Virus record (IMG/VR): IMGVR_UViG_3300034063_001922 | Span: 12,045-76,044 of that record | Direction: 5' to 3' (one strand) | From: a virus | DNA: 64,000 nucleotides | Shown here: piece by piece, positions 1-9,409 of the stretch | Position numbering within the stretch: the first letter of the stretch is position 1 | Layout of the letters: each line of letters begins with the position of its first letter | Notes under the pieces: model-generated | What the model was told of the DNA's origin: nothing | The model's database searches: none | Seen by the model: the letters and a program-made list of their open reading frames with translations, nothing else | Made by a program: the position numbers and the translations under genes

Positions 1-1761
1 ACGGCACACCAGGGCCTGCATCAGCCGCAGCAGGGTGCCCACCGGCCCGATGCCGAAGTTCACGCCGGCCAGCTCCAGCACCGCCTTGAGCGAATCGATC
101 ACCACCAGGGCGTAGGCACCGCCGGCGAGCTCCTGGCGCAGTTCCTGCAACCCCGACGGACTGCAGCACCAGGAGGGCAGGGCCTCGCTGGGTTCCGCGC
201 TCCAGATGGTCAGCCGCTCGATCACGACCGGGTCATCGGCATGGCCCAGGTCCTCGAGGTACTCGCGCACCATGGCGCGGGCCCCCTCGCCGCCGTCGCT
301 GCCGATCCACAGCACCCGGCCGGTGCGGGAGGGAGGGATCTCCTGATCGAGAAAGGGAAGGCCCTTGATGCAGCACACCGCCATGGCCGCCGCGGCCATC
401 GTCTTGCCGGTGCCGCCGGCGCCAAAAAGCAGATGGTCGCGCCGCCAGAGCAGAAAGCCCGGCAGCAGGTCTTCTGCCGGCGAGGCGATCGGATCCGAGA
501 GGCTGCGGTTGCGGTTGCCGCCGCGGTGCGAGCTCTGCAGTGGCAGGCCCCAGCGGCCGGCCAGGGCGTAGTAGAGGCGCTCATCCACCGCCTGGCCGTT
601 CACCCCCAGGCTCCAGAGGGCGGCCCGCACCGCCTGCTCCTGGGCCCAGGTGTCCTGGGTGTCGAGCAGCAGATCCAGCAGCTGCTCCAGCAGCAGCGCG
701 ATCTGCTGGTCCCGAGGCGGCTCGACCTGGCGGGGTGCTGGCTGCTGCTGGTTGGCGGTCTCCGCGGGGTGCTCCCTGGGGCGCTCTGACGAGGAGGAGA
801 GAGCCCCTCCTGGTACCAGATTGCTGGTGCTGGACGTCAGGCGGCAGGGGCGGTAGCCATCGAGGCCGGCGAAGTGGAAGAGGGTGCCGATGGTCACCCC
901 CCGCCCCTTGAAGGAGCGCCACTTGGCCTGGCATTCCTCGGCGTTGAAGCTGCTGCAGCCCCGCGACCAGGCAATCCAGTGGTGGAGCAGCCCTGGATCG
1001 ATCGAATGGAGCGCCATGCCGACCGTCAGCCAGCCGTCGTAGTCCTCCCGCGGCTGGATGTGCGCGAGCAGCTCGATCGCCCGCTCCTGGTCATCGCTGC
1101 GCGGGGCGAAATCGGCCTCCACCGGCTCCTCCGGCCTCTTGAAGAGCGGCTCCAGCAACCAGTCCGGCGCATCGGCCACCTGCTGCTCGGCCGGGGAACG
1201 GCCTTCCAGCCAGCGATAGCGGCCGCTGAGCGGATGCACACCGGCGATCACCGACTGGTGGCCCTCCCAGCGCAGCTCCAGCACCGTGGCGCGGCGGCGC
1301 TTGCCGCCCGGCCCACTGGCAGGCGTTGGTGGGGTGGGGGTGTGATCGGCGCTGACCGGTCCCCAGCTGCGGCGCCCGCGCAGGCAGTCCCAGTACTCCA
1401 GAGGGACGCGGAAGGCCAGCTGGGCGCGCTGGGGCAGGCCGGAACTCCAGCCCACCGTTGCTGGCAGCTCGGCAGCCAGGCAGCCGTAGATCCGCTGGAA
1501 GCAGGCCGTGGCGCCGGGGCCGTCGAAATCCACCGCCAGCACGCCGGAGACCGGGCCGAGCACCAGCCCCACTGCCCGCACATGGGGGCTGGTCGCGGCC
1601 GCGGCCGAGAAGTCCTCCAGGCTGAGGCCGGCGCTGGCCCATTGGCCCAATGGTTCGCCGCTGCCGGGGTCCACGGGGCGCTTGCGGCCATCGATCGGAA
1701 TCAGCAGCCAGTCGGAATCGAGGCCGCGCAGGCTCTCGAGCACACCAGGGGCGAGCGCCAT
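1..1761 (-). CDS. Bifunctional primase-polymerase + PriCT-2 + AAA_25/RepA-type helicase (partial, runs off the window)
   Basis: Not in the ORF track; translated by hand from ATG 1761: MALAPGVLESLRGLDSDWLLIPIDGRKRP..GLVLGPVSGVLAVDFDG..QSVIAGVHP (Prim-Pol), DYDGWLTVGMALH..W..WS (PriCT-2), in-frame Walker A GAGGTGKT and Walker B LVVIDS. Confidence 0.85.
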   Translation of the reverse strand, partial: MALAPGVLESLRGLDSDWLLIPIDGRKRPVDPGSGEPLGQWASAGLSLEDFSAAAATSPHVRAVGLVLGPVSGVLAVDFDGPGATACFQRIYGCLAAELPATVGWSSGLPQRAQLAFRVPLEYWDCLRGRRSWGPVSADHTPTPPTPASGPGGKRRRATVLELRWEGHQSVIAGVHPLSGRYRWLEGRSPAEQQVADAPDWLLEPLFKRPEEPVEADFAPRSDDQERAIELLAHIQPREDYDGWLTVGMALHSIDPGLLHHWIAWSRGCSSFNAEECQAKWRSFKGRGVTIGTLFHFAGLDGYRPCRLTSSTSNLVPGGALSSSSERPREHPAETANQQQPAPRQVEPPRDQQIALLLEQLLDLLLDTQDTWAQEQAVRAALWSLGVNGQAVDERLYYALAGRWGLPLQSSHRGGNRNRSLSDPIASPAEDLLPGFLLWRRDHLLFGAGGTGKTMAAAAMAVCCIKGLPFLDQEIPPSRTGRVLWIGSDGGEGARAMVREYLEDLGHADDPVVIERLTIWSAEPSEALPSWCCSPSGLQELRQELAGGAYALVVIDSLKAVLELAGVNFGIGPVGTLLRLMQALVCR

Positions 1762-1828
1762 CAGCGGGCACGCCCCTGAATCGGCCAGGGGGCTACCGGC
1801 TGCGGGCATGGGCGCCAGCACCCATCCC

Positions 1829-2140
1829 TCACAGCACCCCTCCCTGGGACCCCTGGGATCCAGCGGCAGGGGCGCGCAGCTGCTGGCGTGGCACCAGGTT
1901 GCGGGCATCACACACCCGCAGGGAGGTGGGGCAGCGGTAGCCCAGCCGCCGCGCCCTCACCAGCACACTGGCGCTGCCCACCTGGTCCACCACCCCCGCG
2001 GTCCAGGCACAGCCGAGGAACACGCCTACCCGATCGCCCCGGCGGAAGTGGCGGAAGTCCTGGGGAGGGGCCGCCAGCCGCTGCTGGGCAGGGACACGGG
2101 GGCGCCAGATCTGCTGCTCGGCGTCCTCAGCGCTGGCCAT
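1829..2140 (-). CDS. Hypothetical protein
   Basis: ORF between the RHH-like gene and primase gene, same strand, overlapping the upstream stop. Confidence 0.5.
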   Translation of the reverse strand: MASAEDAEQQIWRPRVPAQQRLAAPPQDFRHFRRGDRVGVFLGCAWTAGVVDQVGSASVLVRARRLGYRCPTSLRVCDARNLVPRQQLRAPAAGSQGSQGGVL

Positions 2141-2321
2141 CGACAGCGCCGGCGGGGGGCTTGGTCCTGGCTCTTGAGGCAGCGCGAGCGGTGGAGCGGG
2201 TGTGGCGGCGGATGTGCTCCCGCAGGATTGAGCGGATCAGCACCACCCGGGGTTCATCGCCGCGGTGGGCATCGAGCCAATCGAGCACGTCGTCACTGAG
2301 GCGGATCACGGTGGGCCGCAA
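2127..2321 (-). CDS. Small ribbon-helix-helix-like DNA-binding protein
   Basis: TVIRLSDDVLDWLDAHRG..LIRSILREH pattern; same position before a primase as the RHH gene at 15151. Confidence 0.55.
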   Translation of the reverse strand: MRPTVIRLSDDVLDWLDAHRGDEPRVVLIRSILREHIRRHTRSTARAASRARTKPPAGAVDGQR

Positions 2322-2671
2322 GGCTCAAGAAAGCGGGGAGCGGCAGCGTAATCAGACTGGCTCGCTAACGCAGGGAGAAAGGATGTACTCCCCCGAGTTC
2401 CCTGGGTTGGCTTAAGCACGCCTGCTGGCGGGTTTCGCGGCGCCATGGGGGCGCAAGGCAGATCGCTCGGGCAGGTGGCAGAACGGGCCTGGTTCCAGCA
2501 ACAGGCCGCGGCCACCAAGGGCGATGGCCTCCGCAGTGTTCAGGGTTCAGCACGTCCCGCGAACCGATCAACCCGGCAGTCAGCCCGGTAAGTCGAGGAG
2601 GCTGATGTCGCATCCTGTCGTATTCGGGGCGATGCTCTAGCCTTTGGCTATTCTCCTCGGACTTTCAAGCC

Positions 2672-3400
2672 ATGGCCAACTGGTTTGCGGAGATGGAGGC
2701 CCGACAGAGTGAGGCCCGTGTCGCCTTTGGCCGCATGCTCCGGCTGTGGCGCGAGCGCAACGGCTGGACTCAGTACACCGTGGCCGATTGGGGCAAACAG
2801 GCGGGTTTTCCTGCCATCAGCTACGGCAACCTCAGCGCGATCGAGCAGGGCAAGGCCGGAGAACTGCGCCGCCCTGCCTTCTTCCAGCTGGCGGAGGCCA
2901 ACCAGCGCCTGTTCAGCGGCGAGCTGGGCACCATCACCGACAAGTGCCTGCGCGAGAAGATCCAGGCCGGCCAACCGCTCCTCGGCGCCGATGGCCAGCC
3001 CTGGGGCCCCCAGGAGTTGTGGTCCTGCTACGTGGGGCTGCTGGAGGTGCCCGAGGCCTACCGCCAGCCCCAGCGCGGCGACGCCCCCCGGCTGAGTGCT
3101 GCCAAGGCGCGGGAGATGAGCCGCCGCTGGCGCGAGCAGGTCGGAGAAGCCATCGAGGCCCGGCAGCTGGATCCGCTCCAGGCCCTGCAGGCGATTGCCC
3201 GGTTGGCGCCACAGGCCCAGCGCAAGCAGCTGCGCACGGTGCTCAGCTCGTTCGGCGACTACAGCCCCGCTGATTTGCAGCAGCTGTGGGATGGGGAGTG
3301 GCTGCCCCAGCAGTGGATCAACAGCTGGCTGGCCGGCCTGGAGGCCGGGAAGGGAGGAGAGACCAGGCCGGAGCAGCCGGCTGAGGAGGAGCAGCCCTGA
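2672..3400 (+). CDS. XRE-family HTH repressor-like protein
   Basis: FGRMLRLWRERNGWTQYTV..ISYGNLSAIEQGK helix-turn-helix; paralog of 11077-11778. Confidence 0.8.
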   Translation: MANWFAEMEARQSEARVAFGRMLRLWRERNGWTQYTVADWGKQAGFPAISYGNLSAIEQGKAGELRRPAFFQLAEANQRLFSGELGTITDKCLREKIQAGQPLLGADGQPWGPQELWSCYVGLLEVPEAYRQPQRGDAPRLSAAKAREMSRRWREQVGEAIEARQLDPLQALQAIARLAPQAQRKQLRTVLSSFGDYSPADLQQLWDGEWLPQQWINSWLAGLEAGKGGETRPEQPAEEEQP

Positions 3401-3442
3401 CAAGGGACCGGCTGCCGGCTGCCCCGAGAATCTGAGGAGAGC

Positions 3443-3472
3443 TTGCGCCCAGCGTTAGCGAGCCCATAAGAT
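3443..3472 (+). promoter_or_regulatory. Putative sigma70 promoter (TTGCGC-N18-TAAGAT)
   Basis: Conserved with 10989-11018 (TTGCGC-N18-TAAGCT) upstream of the paralogous gene. Confidence 0.55.
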
Positions 3473-3508
3473 CGGCGGGCGCGGGCGCCGGTCCCGCATG
3501 AGCTCCCG

Positions 3509-4348
3509 ATGGACAACCCCAGGCCCCAGGCTGCAGCGAGCGAGCTGCTCTCCCCCGAGGCGATGCACTGGCAGGCCGATTGCGAGATGGCCGATGCCCT
3601 CTCAGCGTTCCAGAGCCAGGTGGAACCCGCCGCCGAGCTGACGCTGCAGGCCGTCGTGGAAACAGCAAAGCCTGCCTTTCGGCTCGGTTTCAGCTTCTCG
3701 GTACGCAGCAGCGAGGAGGGTACGACCGTGCTGCTGCGGCACCGCAGCGGCGCACAGCAAAGCGCAGAAGGTGAGGGCCACGACGGTGACTTCACCCTCA
3801 GCGCCCGGCTGCTGGCCGGCCTGCTGGGTATTCCTGTGGCTACAGCTCCTCGCCCCAGCAAGGCCGAGGAGGAATCCTGCGCGGAGGATGGCGCTCCGCC
3901 GGCTGCCGCGGCTGCTGGCGCGGGTGCCGGCAGCTCAGCCCCGGAAGCAGTGCCGGCTGCGCCCTCGCTGTCCACTGCGGAGGTTGCGCCAGCAGGTGAG
4001 AACGCCAGCGCCACGCCTGATGCCACGCCTGAACCAGGCATCCAGAGCAGGGCACAGGAGGAGGTGGCTGGCGGCAGCGCCGAGGGGTTGGATCCAGCCC
4101 TGGAGCCCCTCACGGCAGAGGAGATCAGCACCCTGACGGGGATGCTCAAGGAGCTGGCCCGCAATGACAGGGAAGCCTGGAAGCAATTCTCGCTGGCCTT
4201 CCGGGAGCACTTCGAGGTGCCGCGCACCGCCCGCACGATCACCGATCGGATCAGCCAGCGGCGGCACGCCGAGTTCATCGATCGCTTTGAACGGGAGCTG
4301 GCTGCCAGTGGCAGCAGCGGCGCGGTTGGTGCAACGGAGGCGATCTGA
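3509..4348 (+). CDS. Divergent ERF-like ssDNA-annealing protein
   Basis: ALSAFQ..LQAVVETAKPAF..LRHRSG resembles the ERF N-terminus; paralog of 10228-10953. Confidence 0.5.
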   Translation: MDNPRPQAAASELLSPEAMHWQADCEMADALSAFQSQVEPAAELTLQAVVETAKPAFRLGFSFSVRSSEEGTTVLLRHRSGAQQSAEGEGHDGDFTLSARLLAGLLGIPVATAPRPSKAEEESCAEDGAPPAAAAAGAGAGSSAPEAVPAAPSLSTAEVAPAGENASATPDATPEPGIQSRAQEEVAGGSAEGLDPALEPLTAEEISTLTGMLKELARNDREAWKQFSLAFREHFEVPRTARTITDRISQRRHAEFIDRFERELAASGSSGAVGATEAI

Positions 4349-4617
4349 TGGCCAGCCAGTCCAGTTCCAGCCCGCGGCCGATCGCCTACGGCCACCGCCT
4401 GCATCAGCGGCCCGCCGCGGCCGATACCGGCCACTACCTGCACAGCAAAGTGCGCAGCGATGTCTGGGGCGTGTTGCAGCAGCTCAGGCAGCAGCACGGC
4501 CTCTCGATCAGCGGCGCCGCCCATCACCTGATGCGGCTGGGCGCCGGTCTCGATCCCCTTCCTCCCCTCGATCACCTCACCCGCACCCAACGGTGCGCAC
4601 AGCGCGATGGCCATTGA
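4348..4617 (+). CDS. Small putative DNA-binding protein
   Basis: Paralog of 9995-10231 (VRSDV..LSISGAAHHLMR); start/stop overlaps with neighbours. Confidence 0.65.
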   Translation: MASQSSSSPRPIAYGHRLHQRPAAADTGHYLHSKVRSDVWGVLQQLRQQHGLSISGAAHHLMRLGAGLDPLPPLDHLTRTQRCAQRDGH

Positions 4618-5260
4618 GCTCAACGACGGCGCCCGCATCGGCGCGCCAGTGATCCGCCAGCAGCGCCTCGGCGAGGTGGCCTACCTGGCGGTGGTGCGCA
4701 CCGAGCAGCGCGACCGCCTGCGCCGCAACCAGAGCAACGGCGAGATGGAGCCGATCCCCAACGGCACAGACCGCCAGGGGCGGCCGCGCTACAGGCAGGA
4801 GATGGTGCTCCATGCCCTGGCCCTGCCCGGCACCACCATGGAGGCCCGCCTGGGGGATGAGGGGGGCGTACCAGCGGCAGGCGATCGGGTGCGGCTGATC
4901 CTCAAGGCCAGAGGATTCGGCGACTGGATCGAAGCCCGCCGCGGCCACCGCAAGGGCAAGCTCAATGTGGGTGATGTGCTGACGCTGGAGACCCGCTGGG
5001 CCCAGCAGTACGACCAGGACGGCAACGCCAAGGGCCCCAAGATCGACGACCAGGCCACCGCCGACGCGCTGCCCCGCAACGTCACCATCGGCTTCTACGG
5101 CCCCCTCACCCTGCGTGAAGGGACCGATGGCCGCTGGATTGAAGCTGCTGAGCAGGCCTACCGGAGCGATGAGGCGGCGCAGCGCCAGCAGCAGGCGATC
5201 GAGCTCGATGGCGACGATGACTTCGCCGAGGAGTTCGGCGATGAGGAGGTGCCCTTCTGA
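4607..5260 (+). CDS. Hypothetical protein, probable SSB analogue
   Basis: Acidic tail ending DEEVPF; occupies the slot of the SSB at 9409-10002. Confidence 0.6.
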   Translation: MAIELNDGARIGAPVIRQQRLGEVAYLAVVRTEQRDRLRRNQSNGEMEPIPNGTDRQGRPRYRQEMVLHALALPGTTMEARLGDEGGVPAAGDRVRLILKARGFGDWIEARRGHRKGKLNVGDVLTLETRWAQQYDQDGNAKGPKIDDQATADALPRNVTIGFYGPLTLREGTDGRWIEAAEQAYRSDEAAQRQQQAIELDGDDDFAEEFGDEEVPF

Positions 5261-5544
5261 TGAGCAACCCCCATAACCACCGTTCCGTCCCAGGCCGCCG
5301 ACCCAGCTCCGGCAGTTCCAGCCGCCGCAGAGCCGAGTTGCCGGCCTTCTGCCGCAGCCGCAGCTCCCGCAGCCTGCTGGTGAGCGTCAGCACCCTGCGA
5401 ACCACCCAGCGCCTGCTGCTGCTGGTGCTGCTGTTTCAGCTCAGCACGTTGCTGTTGGTGCTGAGCCTGCTGCCAGCGCCACTTCCCTCGCTCCTGGGTG
5501 CCAGTGCCCACCACGACCGACAGCTGAAGCACTCCCCATGGTGA
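5260..5544 (+). CDS. Small membrane protein
   Basis: LPAFCRSR motif plus hydrophobic LLFQLSTLLLV; paralog of 9101-9409. Confidence 0.6.
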   Translation: MSNPHNHRSVPGRRPSSGSSSRRRAELPAFCRSRSSRSLLVSVSTLRTTQRLLLLVLLFQLSTLLLVLSLLPAPLPSLLGASAHHDRQLKHSPW

Positions 5545-5798
5545 AGACCATCGCTGATGACATGGCGGCCCCTGCCGCCCAGGGCCGTCAGCGGGTGTGG
5601 GTGACCACTCCCCAGGCCTGCGAAGCCCTGGGGATGAGCCGGGAAACCCTGCGCAAGCTGCGGCTGCGGGCGGTGCTGCAACCCGGCAAGCACTACCGCC
5701 GTTGGGGCTGCACCCAGGGCCGGGGACCGCTGCAGTGGCATCTGGAGAACGTGGAGGCCACCATCACCGGCTGGAGCCGCCGGCATCTGAGGCCGTGA
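5538..5798 (+). CDS. Excisionase-like HTH protein
   Basis: WVTTPQACEALGMSRETLRKL winged HTH near att; near-identical to 8095-8334. Confidence 0.75.
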   Translation: MVKTIADDMAAPAAQGRQRVWVTTPQACEALGMSRETLRKLRLRAVLQPGKHYRRWGCTQGRGPLQWHLENVEATITGWSRRHLRP

Positions 5799-6110
5799 GA
5801 ACGCCGTTCTCCCTGGCAGAGCGTCGAAGTCCCAGAACCCGATCACACCTCTCCTAGCCAGCAATGGTGAGGAGGCGGCGCGATCGGGTTTCTGTATGGC
5901 ACCACTGGCTCTGCCGGTACGGGCGCAGGTCCGCCTGCATTGCGCGCGAGCTTTTGCTCCGGTCTTGCTCACATGCCCGCTCCAGGCAGCCCGGGATCAA
6001 GCACCCATGCCAGGGCACAGCCAGAAGACCTGACCGCAGGTCAGCCATGCCTGCTGGGGGAGCTGGAGGCCATTCTCCAGGCAGGCACGAAAGGAGGAAG
6101 CCTGGATCAA

Positions 6111-6148
6111 TGTGAGCAGGGGAGTGATTTGCTCACCTGTTTGCTCAC
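6111..6148. repeat. Putative arm-type integrase sites of the left element (TTGCTCAC)
   Basis: TTGCTCAC at 6129 and 6141 (12-bp period), inverted partial copy TGTGAGCA at 6111, further copy at 5965. Confidence 0.6.
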
Positions 6149-6178
6149 ATGACCCTTGGCCGATCGGTGAGAAGTCAG

Positions 6179-6222
6179 TCGGGGCGACAGGATTCGAACC
6201 TGCGACCTAGTGCTCCCAAAGC
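6179..6222. repeat. att core, 44-bp direct repeat (3' part of tRNA-Pro)
   Basis: TCGGGGCGACAGGATTCGAACCTGCGACCTAGTGCTCCCAAAGC identical to 63892-63935. Confidence 0.97.
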
Positions 6223-6351
6223 CCTTGAAAAAGGGTCCTTCAGACCGGCTGCAACGACTGGGTTTAATGGCTCAAAACCATTGCTGTTACTGGCTTTTGC
6301 CCTGCCAGTCGATGGCGGGCTGTGGCGGCACGTGCCAAGCTTAGAAGGCGA

Positions 6352-6373
6352 TTCTCTTGCAGATTCTCTTGCA
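6352..6373 (+). repeat. Putative arm-type integrase binding sites (TTCTCTTGCA x2)
   Basis: 10-mer at 6352 and 6364; the same pair recurs at 63820/63832 and inverted at 63703-63721. Confidence 0.75.
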
Positions 6374-6406
6374 AGGGGTGTCGAGCGTGCCTGATTTCCT
6401 GGAGCC

Positions 6407-7660
6407 GTGCCAAAGCCCACCACCGCCCCTCGACCAGCCCGAGAAGCCAAGGACCGTGGCTGGGTCGCAGCCCTGCGCCTGTCGCTCACGTCAGATCTGG
6501 GGCCTCGCAGTGGCTGGACCGTGTCGGAGATGCGTGGGCGCGTTCTGCTGAACGTCTCAGCATCTGCCGCAGGTGGTGCTCGCCAGCAGCGGGTTTTGCC
6601 ATTGGCCTGGGCTGCTTCGGAGCGGCAGGGCATCCATGCAGCAATTCTTGCCATTCATGCCGATTTCAGCGATGGCGTGCCCCTTGATCTCGCCATCGAA
6701 ACCCACGCGCGAATCCCTTCAGATGAACCGAGCCCCAATGGGATTGCTGTTTGCGAGGCAATCAACTGGCCACAACTGATTCAAGGATTCAAAGACCACA
6801 AGCTCACTAGTGGGGCAATCAAGCAGAGCACTTGGGATGAGATCTATTGGCGGCGTATGGTTGTGATTCTGGATGCAGCTGGAGGCAAGCGACGACCCAT
6901 CTCATCCAAGCAACTTCTGCAGGCAGTGATTGAGTCATGGAAAGATAGACCTGGATCGCGTGGCCGTCAGCTTCAAGTTCAATTCACTGCTGCACTTTTG
7001 CGCTGGGGCGTCGATTCGGAACGTCTGCCATCATCATGGGCACCACCCCTTGATCTCTCTATCTATGTTGGCCGGAAGCGTGAAGAACGAGGGATTACAA
7101 CACCCATTGAAGCTAGCCATGTGCTCGAGTTGGTCGAGGCTATACCTGATCCTCGCTGGCGATTGGCATTTCAGCTGATGGCTGGTTACGGTCTCCGGCC
7201 AGAAGAACTGCAGCACTTGGAGAGTCGGAAGGGGCAGCTCTGGACGACTTACCAGAAGGTTTCCAGCCGTGGCAGCACCCGATCCAGGATGCTGCGACTG
7301 TTGCCCTGCGACGACTGGGCCCAGGCCTGGCAACTTGTGAATGCATTTCGACCCGACCGCATGCCACCGATGCGACCAGGTCATGGGGCCGAGGACCTTG
7401 GCACATACATGCGTCGCCGATCTCTCTGGCAACAACTTCGGCGGGACTATGAAGAACAAGGCGAAAAGCTGGTCCTCTATTCCTGCCGCCACGGTTATGC
7501 CCACCGCGCTCATGTCATCTGTGAGCTCCCGCCCAAGGTGGTGGCAGCGGCTATGGGCCACTCAGTGGAAACCCATCTTGCGGCCTACAGCCGATGGTGT
7601 GGCGATGACGTGGTGGATGACGCTTTTGAAAAAGCGGCCCTAAGAATGAGGAGACCTTAA
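6407..7660 (+). CDS. int: Tyrosine recombinase / phage integrase
   Basis: YGLRPEEL, YSCRHGYAHR and MGHSVETHLAAY catalytic motifs; adjacent to att. Confidence 0.93.
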   Translation: MPKPTTAPRPAREAKDRGWVAALRLSLTSDLGPRSGWTVSEMRGRVLLNVSASAAGGARQQRVLPLAWAASERQGIHAAILAIHADFSDGVPLDLAIETHARIPSDEPSPNGIAVCEAINWPQLIQGFKDHKLTSGAIKQSTWDEIYWRRMVVILDAAGGKRRPISSKQLLQAVIESWKDRPGSRGRQLQVQFTAALLRWGVDSERLPSSWAPPLDLSIYVGRKREERGITTPIEASHVLELVEAIPDPRWRLAFQLMAGYGLRPEELQHLESRKGQLWTTYQKVSSRGSTRSRMLRLLPCDDWAQAWQLVNAFRPDRMPPMRPGHGAEDLGTYMRRRSLWQQLRRDYEEQGEKLVLYSCRHGYAHRAHVICELPPKVVAAAMGHSVETHLAAYSRWCGDDVVDDAFEKAALRMRRP

Positions 7661-7667
7661 GCGGCGA

Positions 7668-8048
7668 TCAGTACGGAGCATCTCGTGGTTCACGAGTAAA
7701 CCGCCAATGCCGTGACTTACCCAAACGAATACCTTCCAATTGGCCCGACCCCTGGCCCATGGGATCTACGTCCGAACAGCCATGATAGACATCATAGACA
7801 TAAGAATATTCTATTATTATTCGTCCGGGCTCAACTACTACATCCTCCAGCTGCAGGTCATCTGGCTCTACATTTACTTCCAGCCCAGAGACATCCTCGT
7901 CGAACGACAGGAGATCGAATAGGTCTCTTCTAAGCCGAAGTCTGAGATAGTGACTCAAGCCATCCCCGCCAGGATTCTTGATTGTGCTTAGGCGCGGGAT
8001 TTCAAGATCCAAATGCCCCGGTTCCTGACCTCCATTCATTGGATTCAT
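7668..8048 (-). CDS. Hypothetical acidic protein (AT-richer accessory gene)
   Basis: ORF between int and xis; likely start ATG 8048. Confidence 0.55.
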   Translation of the reverse strand: MNPMNGGQEPGHLDLEIPRLSTIKNPGGDGLSHYLRLRLRRDLFDLLSFDEDVSGLEVNVEPDDLQLEDVVVEPGRIIIEYSYVYDVYHGCSDVDPMGQGSGQLEGIRLGKSRHWRFTREPRDAPY

Positions 8049-8094
8049 TTTGTGCCGACCTGAAACGCAAGACTCTAGGAGTGGAGTATGAGCC

Positions 8095-8334
8095 CTACAG
8101 ATTTCTTCGGCTCCAGCCGGTGATGGTGGCCTCAACGTTCTCCAGGTGCCACTGGAGTGGACCCCGGCCCTGGGTGCAGCCCCAGCGGCGGTAGTGCTTG
8201 CCCGGGGTGAGCACCCCCCGCAGCCGCAGCTGGCGGAGGGTTTCGCGGCTCATGCCCAGCGCTGTGCAGGCTTCTGCTGTCGTCACCCAGACCCGGTGCC
8301 GCCCAGATGTGGGTGGAATTGTCTGGTTCTCCAT
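8095..8334 (-). CDS. Excisionase-like HTH protein
   Basis: MENQ..WVTTAEACTALGMSRETLRQL; ATG overlaps the stop of the BRO gene. Confidence 0.78.
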   Translation of the reverse strand: MENQTIPPTSGRHRVWVTTAEACTALGMSRETLRQLRLRGVLTPGKHYRRWGCTQGRGPLQWHLENVEATITGWSRRNL

Positions 8335-9104
8335 CAGGCCAGCTCCCGCAGCACGCCGACTACGGCGGGATTCCAGAGGATCTGGTACCCGCTGTGGCCA
8401 TGCCGGCAGTAGGGCATGGCTTCGGCCCATTCCTGGCCCCGTTGCGTCAGTTCCCACTCGTCGCGGGCATTGCGGCTCTGCAAACCGCATGCCGCAAGAT
8501 GCTGGTTCATCCCCCGGGCCGACATGCCCACCTTCCGACCCAGCTGAGTGGCATTCAGCGAACAGATGGGCTCATCGGCAGCCGGCAAGGCACGGCGCAG
8601 GGTCTCCACTGCCAGGCCGGTGTTTTCCTGGATGCAGTTGAGGGTGGCAGCCATAGCGATCCCGGCCTTCACGCCGGGCAGCCGGCCAATGGCTTGACCG
8701 ATCAGCAGAAGAGCGCCGACGCTGTCCAGCTTCTCTGAGGGCAAAGCTGCCGGAGTGGGGACGGTACCAGCCACGCTGTAGGTCCCGGCCCGACGGATTG
8801 TCGGCAGCACCTCGTGAGTGACCCAGCGCTTGAAGCTGTGCGCCTCTTTCTTGCGACTGCCCAGCACCAGGTTGTACATCCCTGGCTCATTCACGATCGT
8901 CATGACCTGCTCGCCACCAGGGGTGTGAATTGAACTCACACCCTTCTCGTCGTCATCAAGCCGCTCCAAGGCCTTGCGGTCGAGGGCGAGCGACGCAAGC
9001 AGATCGGCAGCAACAAACCAAGGATCACCCAGCTCATCGCTGATGACCCGGATCTGGCGGCCCTCATACTCAAAGGGAACGAGGGAAGACGTGTTGTTGT
9101 TCAT
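8334..9104 (-). CDS. BRO-N family phage antirepressor
   Basis: FEYEGRQIRV..PWFVAADL..VNEPGMYNLVLGSRK..FKRWVTHEVLPTIR. Confidence 0.9.
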   Translation of the reverse strand: MNNNTSSLVPFEYEGRQIRVISDELGDPWFVAADLLASLALDRKALERLDDDEKGVSSIHTPGGEQVMTIVNEPGMYNLVLGSRKKEAHSFKRWVTHEVLPTIRRAGTYSVAGTVPTPAALPSEKLDSVGALLLIGQAIGRLPGVKAGIAMAATLNCIQENTGLAVETLRRALPAADEPICSLNATQLGRKVGMSARGMNQHLAACGLQSRNARDEWELTQRGQEWAEAMPYCRHGHSGYQILWNPAVVGVLRELA

Positions 9105-9409
9105 CGGTCTGAAATCGGTGAGGAGGTGACAGGCCCGTTGAGGGCTGAGCTGGGATCGGGGTCGGGATCGAAGCAGGAGAGGCTGGTGACGGTGGCCGGC
9201 GCCAACCGCGGTGGCACGGGCCCAGCGATCACCAGCAGCAGGGTGCTGAGCTGAAACAGCAACCCCAGCAACCCCAGCAAGACCAGCAGGCGCACGTTGG
9301 CGATGCTGCTGGCCGTGACCATGACGACCGGCCGGCGGCTCCGGCAGAAGGCAGGCAACTGGGGACGGGGCCCTGCGGCCCCGTTGCTACGCACGTGTGG
9401 CGAGGCCAT
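9101..9409 (-). CDS. Small membrane protein
   Basis: Paralog of 5260-5544. Confidence 0.6.
   Translation of the reverse strand: MASPHVRSNGAAGPRPQLPAFCRSRRPVVMVTASSIANVRLLVLLGLLGLLFQLSTLLLVIAGPVPPRLAPATVTSLSCFDPDPDPSSALNGPVTSSPISDR

Larger units (their letters stand above)
1..6222. mobile_element. Right end of a second integrated element (prophage or satellite) in tandem at the same tRNA-Pro site; truncated by the window edge
   Basis: Prim-Pol/helicase, XRE repressor, ERF-like protein, SSB-like protein and excisionase, mostly paralogous to genes at 8095-11778. Ends at the att copy 6179-6222 and has its own TTGCTCAC repeats. Confidence 0.8.

Noticed and set aside
6179-6222. Second tRNA-Pro gene
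   Set aside because: Only the 3' 44 nt are present; the D-arm and 5' acceptor strand are missing, so it is the att duplication.
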